Below are positions 60,393 through 64,000 of a stretch of 64,000 bases of DNA, one piece after another (within the stretch, counting starts at the first letter, position 1; each line of letters opens with the position of its first letter). Source of the DNA: Candidatus Latescibacterota bacterium (GTDB lineage: Bacteria; Latescibacterota; UBA2968; UBA8231). Made by a program: the position numbers and the translations under genes. The notes beneath the pieces are model-generated. The model was not told where the DNA came from, ran no database searches, and worked only from the letters and a program-made list of their open reading frames with translations. The stretch is from the NCBI GenBank assembly GCA_965203355.1, contig OZ241889.1, positions 3,968,001 through 4,032,000 of the forward strand, in the 5' to 3' direction.

Positions 60393-61506
60393 CAAACAGC
60401 TCCATCTGCGGGGTGTGCTTGCGCATGAACTCGGCAATCAGGCGATCAGCACGCGGCAGGGCGAAGTCGTCCAACGCCTCCGGCGTGACCCAGCGCCAAG
60501 CAGCGCAGCCCAGCGTCTGAGGGGTGCCGCACACATAGCGCGCGGCAAACGCATGTAAGGTGATGCTAAAATGCGAATAGGCGTGATCCACGCTCGTCAG
60601 GCGCGCTCCCACCTCAATCTCAATGCCCAACTCCTCGCGGATCTCGCGCACCAAGCATTCTGAAAGGGTCTCGCCGGGCTCCTGCTTGCCCCCGGGAAAC
60701 TCCCACAGGCCACCGAGCATCCCGGCGGCTGGCCGCTGGGCAATCAACAACTCGTCGCCCTTGCGAATCAAGCCAGCCGCCACCTGATAATGCGGCTTCT
60801 GTTTCTTCGGGGCTTTGCGCGGCAGAGCGGCCGGGGCGTCCAGTTCGGCCTTGGCCCGGCACCAGTCGCCAACCGGACACGTCGGGCAGGAAGGGCTTTG
60901 CGGCGTGCAAACCCGCGCACCCAATTCCATCATCGCCTGATTGAAGTCGCCGGCCTCGCCCCGGGCCAACAGGGTCTCGCCAGCCGCGATGAGTCGCGCC
61001 TTGACCTGAGCGCGAGTCGGCTCTTCCTCAATCCGCAGCAAGCGGCAGAGCACCCGGGTCACGTTGCCGTCGAGCACCGGGTGGTCGCGGTCAAAGGCAA
61101 TGCTGCTGACGGCCGCGGCCGTGTATTGGCCAATCCCAGGCAGCTCAATCAGCGCTTGATACGTATCCGGTATGCGGCCTCCCAACTCAAAGGCCACGCG
61201 CTTAGCGGCCTTGTGCATGTTGCGCGCCCGCGCATAATAGCCCAAGCCCTCCCAGACCTTGAGCACTTGGTCCTCGGAAGCAGCAGCCAGCGTTTGCAGC
61301 GTGGGAAATGCGCGGATGAAACGCTCGAAATAAGGGGCCATCTGATCCACCCGAGTCTGTTGCAACATGACCTCGGATACCCAGACGTGATAGGGATTGT
61401 CGCTGTCGCGCCAGCTCGTCTGCCGCTTGTTTTGGCGATACCACGCCAAAAGCTGAGTGCGGAAGGCGCGGAGCGCACCTTGGTCGTCGAGCAAGCGGCC
61501 GCTCAA
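60379..61506 (-). CDS. mutY: A/G-specific adenine glycosylase with C-terminal intact Nudix (MutT) domain
   Basis: WVSEVMLQQT, WEGLGYYARARN, LPGIGQYTA, DGNV, 4Fe-4S C-x6-C-x2-C-x5-C, Nudix box GKQEPGETLSECLVREIREELGI. Confidence 0.95.
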   Translation of the reverse strand: MSGRLLDDQGALRAFRTQLLAWYRQNKRQTSWRDSDNPYHVWVSEVMLQQTRVDQMAPYFERFIRAFPTLQTLAAASEDQVLKVWEGLGYYARARNMHKAAKRVAFELGGRIPDTYQALIELPGIGQYTAAAVSSIAFDRDHPVLDGNVTRVLCRLLRIEEEPTRAQVKARLIAAGETLLARGEAGDFNQAMMELGARVCTPQSPSCPTCPVGDWCRAKAELDAPAALPRKAPKKQKPHYQVAAGLIRKGDELLIAQRPAAGMLGGLWEFPGGKQEPGETLSECLVREIREELGIEIEVGARLTSVDHAYSHFSITLHAFAARYVCGTPQTLGCAAWRWVTPEALDDFALPRADRLIAEFMRKHTPQMELFGDSK

Positions 61507-62459
61507 TCGTCCCCCTCTTCCGGCCAGCCGGTCTGCGGCATGGCTTTGCTATCCCCGACCGTCTCGGCGGCCAAGAGCGCATCGACGACCGCGGCGGCGG
61601 CCGCGGCCGCTCCAGCGGCAAACAGCGCATAGAGCGTTTCTTCGCCCACCATCCGCACCGGTGCGAGGCCCGTAGTGGAAAAGGCGAGGACCAAGCCCTC
61701 GCGCGTCTGTGTGCTCCACAAACCCGTCCGCGCCAGCCCCAGTGCAGCGCGACCAGCCAAACGCTCTAGCTGACGCGGGATTAGCGGCGCGTCCGTGGCC
61801 ACGATCGCGGCAAAAGTCTGCGGCCCGCCGGCTCCCTCACCTACCGGCTGGACGCGACCAGCCCAATGCAACTCGCGCCCTCCGTTGACTGCGGCCAGCA
61901 CGCCCAGTGCGTATTCGCCAGCCCGGCGCGAGGCCGTGCCAATGCCGCCCTTGTAGCCAAAGGCCTGCAATCCGCCGCCGACTCCAGCATTGCCGGTGGG
62001 CACCGTGCGGCCAGCACTGGCCAACGCCTCTTCCGCGTGGGCGTGCGTCAGGACCCGGCGGACGAGCACCGGGTCGTTGACAGCCGTATCGTCGATCCCC
62101 ACGACGACCGGCGGCCAGCCAGCCGCGGTCGATAGCCCAGGGTCGCGGCGCAAGCTGTGGCGAATCAGGGATTCGTACACCCGGCCAACGACCGGGGACG
62201 GGGCAAGGACAATAGGCGAGGAAAAGGTGCCGAAATCTTCGGCGACCCCCAGGCCGCTCATCGCGTCGCCGCCGTCTATGGAGAAGCGACCGATAAACAG
62301 CTTGCGCTCACGTACTGAGGCCGGATACGGGATGATGGCGGTAAGGCCAGTGTGCAGGTCGAGCGTGCGAATATCCACGTGCCCCACGCGAACTCCGGCC
62401 ACATCGACAATGGCATTGTGCGGTCCCGCTGCGTTGCCCGCTAGGCGCGCGCGATTCAT
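61503..62459 (-). CDS. P1/S58 (DmpA-like) peptidase homologue with degenerate active site
   Basis: GPHNAIVDVAGVRVGH, KGGIGTASR, VATDAPL..RAALGLARTG; lacks the SGD and GNGE motifs. Confidence 0.8.
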   Translation of the reverse strand: MNRARLAGNAAGPHNAIVDVAGVRVGHVDIRTLDLHTGLTAIIPYPASVRERKLFIGRFSIDGGDAMSGLGVAEDFGTFSSPIVLAPSPVVGRVYESLIRHSLRRDPGLSTAAGWPPVVVGIDDTAVNDPVLVRRVLTHAHAEEALASAGRTVPTGNAGVGGGLQAFGYKGGIGTASRRAGEYALGVLAAVNGGRELHWAGRVQPVGEGAGGPQTFAAIVATDAPLIPRQLERLAGRAALGLARTGLWSTQTREGLVLAFSTTGLAPVRMVGEETLYALFAAGAAAAAAAVVDALLAAETVGDSKAMPQTGWPEEGDD

Positions 62460-63574
62460 TTGAGCCGACCGTAGGCACGCATGATTTCGAGCAAGCGGTC
62501 CAGCGGCAGGGCGTGGATGGTATTGCCGCCGCGGCCCGTCATGGTGTGGGCCGTAGTCAGCGAGTTGAGAATGGCTTCCTCCGTGGCCTCAACCACCCCT
62601 TGGAACACGCCCGAGATCCAGCGGTCCGCGAGCATGGCGAGCGCGTCCGACGGCTCGGGAGAGGCCGCGGAAAACGCCAACACGAGGTCGCCGCTGCCGT
62701 GCGTGGAAATAGCACCCGTGCGCGCCATGCCCAAAGCCACCCGCTTGCACACGCGCTGGAGTTGAAACGGGATCAACGGCGCGTCCGTGGCCACGGCCGC
62801 AATCATGGACTTGCTCTTGCTGCCACGCGCGGGCATCCGGTCTGCGATCTCCCGGCCCACCGGGACGCCATCAACGCGCAGCTGAGGCCGGCGGCCAAAA
62901 TTCGCCTGCACCAACACGCCCACGGTGTAGAGTTGATCGCCGCAGGGGACCGTGCGCGACGCCGTGCCAATGCCGGCCTTAAAGCTATAGGCCCGCATCC
63001 CGGTTCCGCCCCCCACGCAGCCTTCGGCTACCGGCCCATCGCGCACCGCGTTGAGGGCCGCGGCGGCGTGGGCGGGCCGCACGTGCCGCCCGACTTCATC
63101 GTGGAGAAACGCAGCCCACGTCTCGCCGACTACGGGCGCGGGTTGCAAATCGCTTTTGAACAAATCGGGATCGCGCGCCAGCATCCACTCCACCGCCCCA
63201 TCGTACACCGCGCCAACGCTGGACGTATTGGTAAAAAGGACCGGGCCAGCCAACAGACCCGTGCGGCGCATAGAGCCTACCCCCATCAACTCGCCGTTGC
63301 CGTTGAGCGTGAAATCAGCCGCCAATGCGGGTGTGCGCGGCACAATCGCCGTCACGCCGGTACACACCAGCCCTCCCTCCTCAATCAGCGTCAGATGGCC
63401 TACCTGTACGCCCTCGACATCGGTGATGGCGTTGTGGGGGCCGGGCGCCAAGTCGCCAATGACAATGCCCAGCTCGCGCAGGCGCACCCGCTCCGGGCGC
63501 ACGGGCGCAGCGCGGCCCAATGCTGGCCACGCAACCGCGCCTAGGCCCAAGCCTAAAAAGGCCCGGCGGTCCAT
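62456..63574 (-). CDS. P1/S58 (DmpA-like) aminopeptidase with twin-arginine signal
   Basis: MDRRAFLGLG Tat peptide, GPHNAITDVEGV, NGNGE, QANFG, VATDAPL, HGSGD, EATEEAILN. Confidence 0.87.
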   Translation of the reverse strand: MDRRAFLGLGLGAVAWPALGRAAPVRPERVRLRELGIVIGDLAPGPHNAITDVEGVQVGHLTLIEEGGLVCTGVTAIVPRTPALAADFTLNGNGELMGVGSMRRTGLLAGPVLFTNTSSVGAVYDGAVEWMLARDPDLFKSDLQPAPVVGETWAAFLHDEVGRHVRPAHAAAALNAVRDGPVAEGCVGGGTGMRAYSFKAGIGTASRTVPCGDQLYTVGVLVQANFGRRPQLRVDGVPVGREIADRMPARGSKSKSMIAAVATDAPLIPFQLQRVCKRVALGMARTGAISTHGSGDLVLAFSAASPEPSDALAMLADRWISGVFQGVVEATEEAILNSLTTAHTMTGRGGNTIHALPLDRLLEIMRAYGRLK

Positions 63575-63575
63575 G

Positions 63576-64000
63576 TCAGAGTGCTTGGACAATCCGCTCC
63601 CCTAGTGCGCGGCAATTCAACGCCCCCCCCAAATCCGGCGTCCCCACGCCTTGCTCGCCGATTACCGCACGCACCGCTTCTTCAATCCGCCGCGCACCCG
63701 CGACAGCCTCGGAATCGCCGCGTTGCTGGCCCAACCAGCGCAGCATCAAAGCGGCCGATAGGATCATCGCTACTGGATTGGCCTTGCCCTGCCCGGCAAT
63801 GTCGGGCGCCGTGCCGTGGGAAGGCTGGAACACGGCCGCGTCCTCGCCGATGTCCCCGGAAGGAGCCAGCCCCAAGCCGCCGACCAAACCAGCGGCCAAA
63901 TCCGAGATGATGTCCCCGTACATATTCTCGGCGACCAGCACGTCGTATTCCGCTGGCTGCTGCACTAAGTACATGCTCAGGGCGTCAATGTACGCGTAGT
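63576..64000 (-). CDS. Isocitrate/isopropylmalate (beta-decarboxylating) dehydrogenase family, 5' part outside window
   Basis: ENMYGDIISDL, GGLGLAPS, HGTAPDIAGQGKANP, TPDLGG. Confidence 0.9.
   Translation of the reverse strand, partial: YAYIDALSMYLVQQPAEYDVLVAENMYGDIISDLAAGLVGGLGLAPSGDIGEDAAVFQPSHGTAPDIAGQGKANPVAMILSAALMLRWLGQQRGDSEAVAGARRIEEAVRAVIGEQGVGTPDLGGALNCRALGERIVQAL

Overview
Bacterial chromosomal window, about 60% GC by eye and mostly housekeeping. Gene content suggests a diderm FCB-like lineage such as Latescibacterota, which is inference only. From left to right: (1) a >1172-aa DUF4011/SF1 helicase (Hhe-like defence candidate) missing from the ORF track and running off the left edge, at the end of a dcyD-like/glcD/ThuA run; (2) an ABC exporter + DUF1854 pair; (3) two decayed genes; (4) map, tlpA-like, dnaE, trm112-like; (5) a pfk-pgk-tpiA-secG-tRNA-Leu operon, comF, an M16 peptidase and tRNA-Met; (6) a low-GC TonB-dependent receptor islet; (7) a complete nqrABCDEF-nqrM cluster running directly into a complete F1Fo ATP synthase operon; (8) a biotin cluster, panB and a Na+/alanine symporter; (9) a DUF4159 protein, aceEF-lpdA, an M14 peptidase, an Slt transglycosylase, DUF368, a MutY-MutT-type fusion, two tandem DmpA/P1 peptidases and a truncated beta-decarboxylating dehydrogenase. 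The strongest unexplained non-coding signal is a ~143-bp TIR-bounded MITE-like element present twice (4308-4449 and 27095-27238). The two copies share an identical 24-bp central core and both sit just 3' of a gene in the same transcriptional sense. I saw no CRISPR array, rRNA, transposase or integrase. All family calls come from motif recognition by eye; no database searches were run.
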